Positions 1 through 8,861 of a DNA stretch of 64,000 bases are shown piece after piece. A program made the translations under genes and the position numbers. Positions within the stretch are counted from its first letter, which is position 1. Each line of letters opens with the position of its first letter. Under the pieces are notes generated by a model. That model saw only the letters and a list, made by a program, of their open reading frames with translations, searched no databases and was not told where the DNA came from. The stretch is from Sedimentisphaeraceae bacterium JB056 (lineage in GTDB: Bacteria; Planctomycetota; Phycisphaerae; Sedimentisphaerales; Sedimentisphaeraceae), in assembly GCA_044440125.1 (NCBI GenBank), contig JBITAJ010000012.1, positions 192,001 to 256,000 on the forward strand. Reading direction: 5' to 3'.

Positions 1-1047
1 ACCCGTGAACTTGCTCAGGCGGCAAGCGTGAGTGGTCATACCGTGCGGCTTGCCATGAGCAGGCTTGAGGATGAAGGGCTTGTATATTCCGCAAGAGGCA
101 GCGGAACTTTTGTTTGTGAGGAGGCAGTAATTGAAAATGGTGATGATACGAACCTGAAGTCAGTTGCCATCATGGGTGTATTGAGCGATGATCAGGAACT
201 TCCTGACCGCTACAGATATGAAACGAGCGCTGGTTATATGGAGCAATTAGAGGCTGACGGCTTGATAGCCCAGCTATTTCCTAATTATTACCGGAAATTA
301 CCTGCCGCTCAATTAACTAAAACAATGATCAAAATGGGATGCTGCGGCGTAATATGGTCGGGACCTACAGAAGCTGAACGCAAAAAGATTGAAGAGATAA
401 TTGCTGCCCGGATGCCGGTCGTAATAACTTATAGAGCTGATGTGACCGACTGGTTGCCGATGGTAGCCGCGGACTTTGTCTATGGCGGTTATAAAGCGGG
501 ATGTTATCTGAAATCTAAAGGTTGCAGAAGGGTATTTGCAATAGGTTACGATATATGTTCCAATCATCATCCTAACACCATGCAGAGCGGTTTACCGAAT
601 GGTTTGATTAACGGTCTAAGCGAGGGCTTGGGGCTTGATATTTTAGATAATGAGAATATAAGCAGAGATATAATATCAGGTTATGAAAAGTCTTCGAGTG
701 AGATGATATTTCATATTTTGAATAATCTTGAACCGGAAATGGGTGTGGTTTTCTCCAATTCTTACCATTTTCGTAATTTTTTAAGGGATTTTGGCTCTGT
801 TGCAAAGCAAATTTTAGCCTCAATTCCGTTTGTTATTATCGGAAATACAACGATTATCCGGAAAATAAGTCCATTTGCTCAGGAAATGAACTTTCCGGTT
901 ATTGGTGATCCATTTGAAGAAATAGCCAGGGTAGCCGTGCAAAAACTTGTGAATATTGCCGGCGGTAAACTTGAAAATACCAAAACTTTGCTGAAACCGT
1001 ATTTTGAGATGTTTTGGGATATCGAAGCTGCTAAGGGTAATGATTGA
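1..1047 (+). CDS. GntR-family winged-HTH regulator with C-terminal LacI-like/periplasmic-binding-fold domain (AraR-like); 5' truncated by the window
   Basis: Frame is open from base 1: TRELAQAASVSGHTVRLAMSRLEDEGLVYSARGSGTFV is a GntR wHTH. The C-terminal part (MPVV..VAADFVYGGYKAGCYL..G.RRV) looks LacI-like. Confidence 0.85.
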   Translation, partial: TRELAQAASVSGHTVRLAMSRLEDEGLVYSARGSGTFVCEEAVIENGDDTNLKSVAIMGVLSDDQELPDRYRYETSAGYMEQLEADGLIAQLFPNYYRKLPAAQLTKTMIKMGCCGVIWSGPTEAERKKIEEIIAARMPVVITYRADVTDWLPMVAADFVYGGYKAGCYLKSKGCRRVFAIGYDICSNHHPNTMQSGLPNGLINGLSEGLGLDILDNENISRDIISGYEKSSSEMIFHILNNLEPEMGVVFSNSYHFRNFLRDFGSVAKQILASIPFVIIGNTTIIRKISPFAQEMNFPVIGDPFEEIARVAVQKLVNIAGGKLENTKTLLKPYFEMFWDIEAAKGND

Positions 1048-1065
1048 TTTTAAGGAGATATAAAA

Positions 1066-1872
1066 ATGAAAAAAAGAGCTTTTACATTAATCGAATTATT
1101 GGTTGTTATATCTATCATTGCGATACTAATGGCAATAATGATGCCCGCTTTGAAAAGAGTAAAGGAGCAGGCTACCGGTGTAGTTTGCAGATCTCATTTT
1201 AAAGATATTGGTGTTATGTTGAATTTATATATGCAAGATAATGAAGGTTGTATGGTTTCTAATCGCTATCACGCCAGTGGTACAGCTTCTGGTACCGGAC
1301 GCTGGACAACCAGACTTGGGCAATATTATAATGCAAATGACAAAGATGTGGTAGGTCATGGCAGATATAACACTGAAATATTTCATTGTCCGATAGAGTG
1401 GAGAAAAAGAGAGAAGACTGGTACTGTGGGATATGCAGTTAATGGCGGTTTTTACTATGAAATAAACGGTCTTATTTCTAACGGTGGTGATAACGATAAT
1501 GTTATTCAAAGTAAATTTGAAAAATCGCTTACATGGAAAAATGCATCAACTCTTCCTCTATTTCATGATAATAACAGTGATGTACCTGAGTTTATGTTTA
1601 GTACAAGAAAGCTAATGTATCCTTCCCAAAATCTCGCTAAGTACGGTTGGAATCTTGGTAGTCCCAGAAATCCCAATATAGATACCTTTGGACCTGCGGC
1701 AAATCACGGTAGAGGTATCAATTATCTGTTTGGCGATAATCATGTAGATATGACTTTATGGCCCTACGAGAATACAATGAGTAATCCTGAGCCTCAAGAA
1801 TATTATTATAAATACTGGCACCCTCTACACGATTTGAGTATAAAATCTCATGAAGATGCGAAGCCATTATAA
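1066..1872 (+). CDS. Prepilin-type N-terminal cleavage/methylation protein (planctomycete DUF1559-like, H-X9-DG type)
   Basis: KKRA|FTLIELLVVISIIAILMAIMMPAL, FHCP, NHGRGINYLFGDNHV; RBS aaggag upstream. Confidence 0.9.
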   Translation: MKKRAFTLIELLVVISIIAILMAIMMPALKRVKEQATGVVCRSHFKDIGVMLNLYMQDNEGCMVSNRYHASGTASGTGRWTTRLGQYYNANDKDVVGHGRYNTEIFHCPIEWRKREKTGTVGYAVNGGFYYEINGLISNGGDNDNVIQSKFEKSLTWKNASTLPLFHDNNSDVPEFMFSTRKLMYPSQNLAKYGWNLGSPRNPNIDTFGPAANHGRGINYLFGDNHVDMTLWPYENTMSNPEPQEYYYKYWHPLHDLSIKSHEDAKPL

Positions 1873-1925
1873 AGTATAAGCAAAATTCGACTGTGTTTTT
1901 TTATTTTTTTCAAAGGAGATTTTTT

Positions 1926-4900
1926 ATGAAAAAGCTAACGGTTTTATTGACGATTGTATTTGCCGGCGTTTCTCTGGCGAATTATCAATCACCTTATTTT
2001 GATGATACTGACACCACTGGTTTGTGGCACATGCAGTATATTGATGGTGGTGATATCAAGGATGACAACAGTGCTGATCTTGCCAGAGAGGCAAATATAG
2101 ATCTTGCCGGCGGTACTACTGTGGTTAGTCCTGTCGATGAGGGTATAGGTTATCCGGCGGGTAATTCAGCATTCGCTAATTGTATGCATCTTGATGGTGT
2201 TGATGATAATGCCTTGATAATGAATACAGGTATTGAATTTGATCTTAATGATGTCTGCTTTGAGGGTTGGTTCAAGGCTGATGCCGCTACCGACGGTACT
2301 GTCTTGCTCGATCGTTGGGGACAGCTTGTTATATGGGCACAGTCAACTAAGATCAGTGTGTACGCCTGGGACAGTTTAGGTGTTGTTAATACTGGTATTA
2401 ATGCAAATTATTCTACATCAGGTGCAGTGCCGACAGATTGGACTCATTTTGCAGTTGAGATCCTCAACGATGAACTTAAGGTATATATAAATGGTGTTGA
2501 GTCTGTAACGGCTGCTGTGACCGGCGGCCTTGTAGCAGAACCAAGCAAAGGGGCAACTTATATCGGACGTAGATATAATGGGGCCAATTTGTTTGCCGGT
2601 TATGTTGACGAATACCGTATTTCAAAGGCAAGTGTTCTTCCTTCAGACGGTGTTCAAACTGATAAAATTGCCGGGTTTGAGGCCATATGGCACTTGGACG
2701 AACTGGCTGATCCGATAGAGACAGGCTTGGCTTATGAAGTGACGCCCGATGACGATAGTGCAAATTCAGGCCGCAACAATGATATTACACTTAAGGATGC
2801 GGATGTGGATGTTGCAGTTGCAAGCGGCACCGGTCCGGCAGTAGTAGACCCTGTTGTCGAGGGAATTGGCTATCCTTACGGGATTTCGTCATTTGCCAAT
2901 TGCATGAAGTTTGATGGTGTTGATGATAATTTAGCCATATCAAATTCTACTGTTAATGTTGATCTTGAAAATTTTGCGATTGAATGCTGGGTAAAACCTG
3001 ATGAAAGCATTACATCTCTTACAGGCGGCGGCAATAGTCTTCAATATGTTTTTGATCGCTGGGGCGAAGTATGCATTCGTTTTGATCATTTAGATATTGG
3101 TGGTGCAGGTGAGAGATTCAGATATACTGCAATGATATGGGACAATGAGCTGGCAGATGAATATATCTATGGTTATTGTGATACTCTTGGTATGAATCCT
3201 ACTGCCTGGGCTCACTTGAAATTAGTTGGTTATCAAGGACAGCAGCGTTTCTATATCAATGGAGTGCTTGTAGGAACAAGCGAGTTTAGTATAACTTCTA
3301 CTACAAGGGTTTCTACTCGTGTAGGAGCAAGGTATAATCCTCAGGATTATTTCTTTGGCTATATTGATGAGGTTAGTATTGGTCAGGCTGTTTATGTTGC
3401 GCCTGAGTGGACAGTTCCTCATATTGATTTACTTGGTGAAGTGTCTGCTCTTTGGCATTTTGACGAATTTGCCGATCCTAATACTTCCGGTACTACAGAT
3501 GAACTCTTGCTTGATGATGATAGTGCCAATCCCGGTCGTGATGCGGATCTTAAGCTGTACAGCATAAATTCGGTTGTCGGTGCCGGTGATGGAGACGGGC
3601 CTACTTTGGTTGACCCCGATGTTGAGGGGATCGGTTATCCGATGGGTGATTCTGCGTTTGGCAACTGTGCTTTCTTTGATGATCCTGTATTGGTGGAAGC
3701 TGATTCTTTCAGGGCTCCGATAGATGATGTTGTATTTGACTCTTCGAATGTGTCAATACAGTTCTGGCTCAGACCGGCAGAAGGTTTGCTTGAGTTTACT
3801 CCGGACCAGGATACTTTCTATTATATTTTCGATCGCTGGAGTCAGATAGTTTTCAGATTCATTCAGAAAACAAGCGGTGATTATCAGGTGCAGGCAATTG
3901 TCTGGGATGCAAATGGTTCTGCAGGCTACCTGACTGCTGCTTACAGTTCTTTGGGTATTGATTCAAGTGACTGGGTTCACGTGGAATTCGAGAATTATCA
4001 GGGTGCGGCAGCTCTTTATGTCAATGGAAGTTTGGCAGACAGCTCGGCACTGGCAACGCCGGGGCTTGGCAGTCCGAATAAAAGCAGTTTATACATTGGT
4101 TCGAGATACAGTCCGCAGGAATGGTTCTGGGGATATATGGACGAAATGATGATAAGTCAGGTTGTGGGAAATATTCCTTGCGGCGCATGGGATTATCTTG
4201 ATGGTGATCTTTCTCAGGACTGCGTTGTGAATCTGCTTGATTATGCTATGCTTGCTGACGAGTGGCTTGCTGACTATACGATAGACGGTTCGGGCAGTGA
4301 TAATTATCCGGTTCTTACAGAGGATTTCTGGCCGTTACCCGGTAACTACAATATTCCTCGTGCAACGGTTACTCCTGCAATTGACGGTACTATCGCTACG
4401 GGTGAGTGGGAAGACGCCAGAACTATTGAAATGATCTATCCTACACTCACAGAAGCTCCGAACACCGGTACTTTGAGACCTGGTACATCGGAACCCGATA
4501 ACAATGCTGATTTCAGTCTTTGGTGGTATGTAAAGTGGGATGATAATTATCTCTATGTTCTCGGTGTAACGTATGATGATATTTACAACTCTGCGGCAGG
4601 TCAGGATGAGCCTCAGCTTTGTTTCAACTATCTGAATAATCAGAGCGCGGGATACCTCACGGAAGCATTCATATGGAATCTTGCTGTTGACGGCACTATA
4701 AACACCAATGGCGGACCAGCTCCAACCAGTTCCGATCTTTCCGGTCAGCTCAATAGTGGTTTGTTCGGAGACAGCTATGTACTTGAGGCGAGATTCGCCT
4801 GGAGCGATCTTGAAGTTGGAACTACCGGTTACAGCCCTGTTGCCGGTGATATTCATGGTTTCGGTCTTGCATGTCAGGATCATGATGCCGGCGGTACCCG

Positions 4901-5126
4901 TGAACACTTCCTGCTTGATTTCGGCAGTGGTGCGATTGCTATGGATGATCTTTCAACATGGAATACGGTAACGCTTGTTGAAGAAATGCCTCTGTTAGAA
5001 GCGGGCACATCAATTGCTGACTTGAATCTTGACGCTTTTGTTGACCCAATTGATCTCAAAGCAATGGCCGCAGATTGGCTCAATTGCAGTGATCCTATGG
5101 ATGCATCATGTGTTGACGCACGTTGA
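1926..5126 (+). CDS. Secreted protein with three LamG-like (ConA jelly-roll) domains, then a CBM9/DOMON-like domain flanked by dockerin-like motifs
   Basis: Start moved to ATG 1926 (RBS aaaggag, signal peptide MKKLTVLL..SLA). Three repeats LWH.DE...W.H...YING...IG.RY...F.GY.DE. IDG..GEW/WDDNYLY/YVLEARF is CBM9-like. Two Dx[NS]xDxxV[ND]xxD..WL motifs. Confidence 0.85.
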   Translation: MKKLTVLLTIVFAGVSLANYQSPYFDDTDTTGLWHMQYIDGGDIKDDNSADLAREANIDLAGGTTVVSPVDEGIGYPAGNSAFANCMHLDGVDDNALIMNTGIEFDLNDVCFEGWFKADAATDGTVLLDRWGQLVIWAQSTKISVYAWDSLGVVNTGINANYSTSGAVPTDWTHFAVEILNDELKVYINGVESVTAAVTGGLVAEPSKGATYIGRRYNGANLFAGYVDEYRISKASVLPSDGVQTDKIAGFEAIWHLDELADPIETGLAYEVTPDDDSANSGRNNDITLKDADVDVAVASGTGPAVVDPVVEGIGYPYGISSFANCMKFDGVDDNLAISNSTVNVDLENFAIECWVKPDESITSLTGGGNSLQYVFDRWGEVCIRFDHLDIGGAGERFRYTAMIWDNELADEYIYGYCDTLGMNPTAWAHLKLVGYQGQQRFYINGVLVGTSEFSITSTTRVSTRVGARYNPQDYFFGYIDEVSIGQAVYVAPEWTVPHIDLLGEVSALWHFDEFADPNTSGTTDELLLDDDSANPGRDADLKLYSINSVVGAGDGDGPTLVDPDVEGIGYPMGDSAFGNCAFFDDPVLVEADSFRAPIDDVVFDSSNVSIQFWLRPAEGLLEFTPDQDTFYYIFDRWSQIVFRFIQKTSGDYQVQAIVWDANGSAGYLTAAYSSLGIDSSDWVHVEFENYQGAAALYVNGSLADSSALATPGLGSPNKSSLYIGSRYSPQEWFWGYMDEMMISQVVGNIPCGAWDYLDGDLSQDCVVNLLDYAMLADEWLADYTIDGSGSDNYPVLTEDFWPLPGNYNIPRATVTPAIDGTIATGEWEDARTIEMIYPTLTEAPNTGTLRPGTSEPDNNADFSLWWYVKWDDNYLYVLGVTYDDIYNSAAGQDEPQLCFNYLNNQSAGYLTEAFIWNLAVDGTINTNGGPAPTSSDLSGQLNSGLFGDSYVLEARFAWSDLEVGTTGYSPVAGDIHGFGLACQDHDAGGTREHFLLDFGSGAIAMDDLSTWNTVTLVEEMPLLEAGTSIADLNLDAFVDPIDLKAMAADWLNCSDPMDASCVDAR

Positions 5127-5146
5127 TACTGAATAATAATTTAATC

Positions 5147-5178
5147 AAGGCAGCCGTCTTAGAGGCGGTTGCCTTTTT
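5147..5178 (+). terminator. Intrinsic terminator or stabilising hairpin inside the operon
   Basis: aaggcagccgtct / aggcggttgcctt stem followed by T-run, just after stop 5126. Confidence 0.7.
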
Positions 5179-5203
5179 CCTTTGACTGTATAAGAGGTAA
5201 GAT

Positions 5204-7969
5204 ATGAGATTCAAGCTTAATATATTATTCTTATGTTTGATGGCTTCTTTTGCCGCAGCTTTAACTGACTCTGAATTAAATGCGTTTAGAGATGGTTTTG
5301 AGTCGAGAAGAGACGGTATGCTTTCCAGGCAGGTCTCAAGTCCTTATCCGGGGATTGACAGCTATGTATGGAATAAACAGGATTTTGCGCTTGCCGCCTT
5401 ATACCTCAATACTCAATTACCAGAGGCTAATCAAGCGATAATAGATGCTTGCGATTATCTTAAAGCCAATCCAACTGAGTATGATGTGGATTTTCACTGG
5501 AAAGGCAATCTCTTTTACAGGATATATAAATATTTCTATCACGACAGTGAATATTTTCCCGGCAGATTGACGACTGAGGCAGAGGCGGCCATATGTGACA
5601 TATTCTGGAACTGGGCAAAGTATAAGTCAGTCCTTTCAGACACTGATTATTCTCAATACCTGAGCTGGACTTGTTGGGGCAGTGAAAATCATGATGCGAT
5701 GAGGAAGACAACCAGTTATAGTGCAGCAGATATATTGAAAGATGTTCCCGCTTACCAAAATTTATTGTTTGATGATGGACATACTGCACTGGAGCATTAT
5801 AACGGATGGAACAGTTATTTTAAGGAATATTTGAGAGAGAGGGCAAAGAAGGGTTTGCTTGTTGAGATTGCTTCTAACGGTTATGCCAAATATACTATTC
5901 AGGGTTGGTACAATTTTTATGATTTTGCGCCTGATACTGAGCTGAGAAAACTTGCCGGGATGACTCTTGATCTTTGGTGGGCGGATTGGGCACAGGATCA
6001 GATCAACGGTGTACGCGGCGGAGGTAAGTCGAGGATTTATCAGGACGGGGATAAATATGCCAATGATGACAGTGCATACAGTATGTGCTGGTACTATTTT
6101 GATATTGGGATTGCCAACAGCAAGCATCCGGGTGTGATGTGTCTTGCTACAAGCGGTTATCGAATCCCTCTTGTCGTTATGGATATTGCTCTTGATATTA
6201 ACGGCAGGGGTGTTTATGAGACGTATTCGAGACGTCCGGGATTGAAGCTGTTACCGCAGCCACAGAATCCTGCACCTGAAACGTATTATTTAGACCCTTA
6301 TTTTGGAGGCATTCTACGATATACTTATGTTACACCCGAATATGTGATCGGTACCTGTATGATGGGAAACAGACCTGCTGACGAATGGACCGCTATAAGC
6401 AGTCAGAATCGATGGCATGGTGTGATATTCAGTAAACATAAGGATGCGAGAATATTGCCGCAATGCGAAGGTATACCTCTGGATTACGGCAAGACATACA
6501 ATCAGCAATGGTCCGTGCAGAATAAATCGACGCTTATTACACAAAAGATAAGGACGAGCGAACATACCGGTGATATGCGGGTTTATTTTTCCGGCGGTTC
6601 GTATATGACGCTGATTGAAGAGGGCGGCTGGATATTTGCCGACCTTACAGATTCCTTTGCCGCAGTTCGACCGGCTTGGGGCGGCTATCTTTGGGATGAC
6701 GCTAACTGGATACGCTGCAATGATGAGTATTCACCTGTTATTATTGAAGCAGCGAGAGCAAACGAATTCAGCAGTTTCAACTCTTTCAAGCAGACATTGC
6801 TTGCCAAGACGATAACGATCAATAATGGCGTGCTGACATACGAGGGACTGAAGGATTCGGGAGTGTTTACTTTTTATACAACCACAACGCAATTACCCCA
6901 AATTGATGGAGTGGCAATAGACTTGCAGCCGGATAAAACATTTGATGGTCCCTTTGTGAATGAAGATTTCGCATCTGGTGTTGTGAGTATAGATAAGGAT
7001 TCAAGATCTCTTGTGCTTGATTTTGATCAGGCTTTGAGCGGCAGTTGCGGGCAGTGGGGATATTTTGAATCTGACATCAACTTTGATTGTGTTGTAGATA
7101 TGCTTGATATCAGGATGATGATTGAACAGTGGCTTGATGATAAGTATTTTGAAAGTTCAGGAAGTGATAATTACCCTGATTTAGAGCAGCAGAATTGGCC
7201 TTTGCCTGGTAACTATAATGTGCCTTCGGCTGATGTTGTTCCTGTAATCGATGGAGTTGTTTCAACGGGTGAATGGACTGATGCGAGGGTTATTGAAATG
7301 GTTTATCCTTCGCTTATTACTGTACCTAATACCGGAACATTGTATTCAGGTTCGGTAGCTCCAGATAACGCGGAAGATTTTAGTTTGTATTGGTATATTA
7401 AATGGGATAGTATGAACTTGTATATGCTTGGCGTTGTATATGATGATATCATTGATTCGCAAGACACGCCGGTTTTTTGTTTTAATCCGATGAATAATCC
7501 TTCAGCGGCTTTCCCGGGTGATATGTTTTTGTGGGTTCTTTCTACTGCTGGTAATATTATTCCGTTTTATACTGCCGGGCCAACGGACTCTGCTTTAGCA
7601 GGTACTATAGCCGGCGGGCATTATATTCTGGAGGCAAAATTCCGGTGGAGTGATTTTGGTATAGCCGGATATAACGCTCAAATAGGTGATGTGCATGGCT
7701 TTGGACTGGCTTGTCAGGATTTTGATGCAGGCGGTGTTAAAGAACATTATTTTCTCGATTTTGGTTCAGGCGTTTCGAATGTTGCTGATGCAGGTACATG
7801 GAATACTATAACACTTGTTGATGAATTGCCTGTGAGCGATAAAGGGATGTATGCATCCGATACCAATGATGACTTGAAGGTCGATCTGAATGATTATTCT
7901 ATGATAGCTGAGCAGTGGCTTGATTGCAGCAGCCCTGTTGTAGAAGGTTGTGTTAATGCTTTGGATTAA
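5204..7969 (+). CDS. Secreted 'SENH' family protein (putative polysaccharide-lyase-like fold) with the same dockerin-CBM9-dockerin tail as the upstream gene
   Basis: Signal peptide; WGSENHD and EIASNGY motifs; clear paralogy with 8862..11468; C-terminal ~307 aa align with the tail of 1926..5126. Confidence 0.75.
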   Translation: MRFKLNILFLCLMASFAAALTDSELNAFRDGFESRRDGMLSRQVSSPYPGIDSYVWNKQDFALAALYLNTQLPEANQAIIDACDYLKANPTEYDVDFHWKGNLFYRIYKYFYHDSEYFPGRLTTEAEAAICDIFWNWAKYKSVLSDTDYSQYLSWTCWGSENHDAMRKTTSYSAADILKDVPAYQNLLFDDGHTALEHYNGWNSYFKEYLRERAKKGLLVEIASNGYAKYTIQGWYNFYDFAPDTELRKLAGMTLDLWWADWAQDQINGVRGGGKSRIYQDGDKYANDDSAYSMCWYYFDIGIANSKHPGVMCLATSGYRIPLVVMDIALDINGRGVYETYSRRPGLKLLPQPQNPAPETYYLDPYFGGILRYTYVTPEYVIGTCMMGNRPADEWTAISSQNRWHGVIFSKHKDARILPQCEGIPLDYGKTYNQQWSVQNKSTLITQKIRTSEHTGDMRVYFSGGSYMTLIEEGGWIFADLTDSFAAVRPAWGGYLWDDANWIRCNDEYSPVIIEAARANEFSSFNSFKQTLLAKTITINNGVLTYEGLKDSGVFTFYTTTTQLPQIDGVAIDLQPDKTFDGPFVNEDFASGVVSIDKDSRSLVLDFDQALSGSCGQWGYFESDINFDCVVDMLDIRMMIEQWLDDKYFESSGSDNYPDLEQQNWPLPGNYNVPSADVVPVIDGVVSTGEWTDARVIEMVYPSLITVPNTGTLYSGSVAPDNAEDFSLYWYIKWDSMNLYMLGVVYDDIIDSQDTPVFCFNPMNNPSAAFPGDMFLWVLSTAGNIIPFYTAGPTDSALAGTIAGGHYILEAKFRWSDFGIAGYNAQIGDVHGFGLACQDFDAGGVKEHYFLDFGSGVSNVADAGTWNTITLVDELPVSDKGMYASDTNDDLKVDLNDYSMIAEQWLDCSSPVVEGCVNALD

Positions 7970-7974
7970 GATTT

Positions 7975-8841
7975 ATGTTGAAAACTTCTGGAATACAAAT
8001 CAGGGACCCGTTTATAGTTAAAGATGATTCCTGTTTTAAGTGTTATATGTATGGAACTACAGATACCAATTGCTGGGGCGGCCCTGGAATTGGTTTTGAT
8101 TTTTATGTAAGCAGTGATCTTGAAAACTGGGACGGCCCGTTCCCGGCATTTCGTCCTGACGATAAATTTTGGGGTAAAGAAAATTTTTGGGCTCCCGAGG
8201 TTCATAGATACAAAGACAAATATTATATGTTCGCAACTTTTAAGAATGAAAATTCTTGCAGGGGTACGGCAATACTTGTCTCCGAGTCTCTCGATAAGCC
8301 TTTTATTGAACACAGTAAGGGTGCGGTAACGCCGGATGACTGGGAGTGTCTCGATGGTACTTTATTTGTTGATGATAATGATAAGCCCTGGATTATCTTT
8401 TGCCACGAATGGCAGCAGATATATGACGGTACGATATGTGCAGCGCCTTTAGCTGACGATCTTATCAGAATTTCAGGTGAGCCGACAACTCTTTTCTCAG
8501 CATCTCAAAGCGGCTGGGCTCATGAGTATAAATGGCAAGGCAAAAAAGGATACATTACAGACGGGCCTTGCCTGTTTAAGCATGATGGGAAGTTGATTAT
8601 GTTGTGGTCGAGTTTTGTTGATGATCTTTATGCTATTGGTATAGCAATTTCTGAAAGTGGTAATATTGAAGGCCCCTGGGAACACATTGCTGAGCCTGTT
8701 TATCTTGGTGGCGGTCATTGTATGATATTCGAAGATTTCAGTGGTAGAAGGGTGCTTACTTTCCATCAGCCTAATGACACTCCTGATGAAAGAGCGGTTT
8801 TTCTCGATTTTGAAAAAATATTTAACCAAGTTTTTTGTTAA
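7975..8841 (+). CDS. Glycoside hydrolase family 43 protein
   Basis: IRDPF, YMYGT, S.DLENW, FWAPEVH, CLDGTLF, TDGP and GGGH motifs; no signal peptide. Confidence 0.9.
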   Translation: MLKTSGIQIRDPFIVKDDSCFKCYMYGTTDTNCWGGPGIGFDFYVSSDLENWDGPFPAFRPDDKFWGKENFWAPEVHRYKDKYYMFATFKNENSCRGTAILVSESLDKPFIEHSKGAVTPDDWECLDGTLFVDDNDKPWIIFCHEWQQIYDGTICAAPLADDLIRISGEPTTLFSASQSGWAHEYKWQGKKGYITDGPCLFKHDGKLIMLWSSFVDDLYAIGIAISESGNIEGPWEHIAEPVYLGGGHCMIFEDFSGRRVLTFHQPNDTPDERAVFLDFEKIFNQVFC

Positions 8842-8861
8842 AACCAGTAAGGATAGTTATT

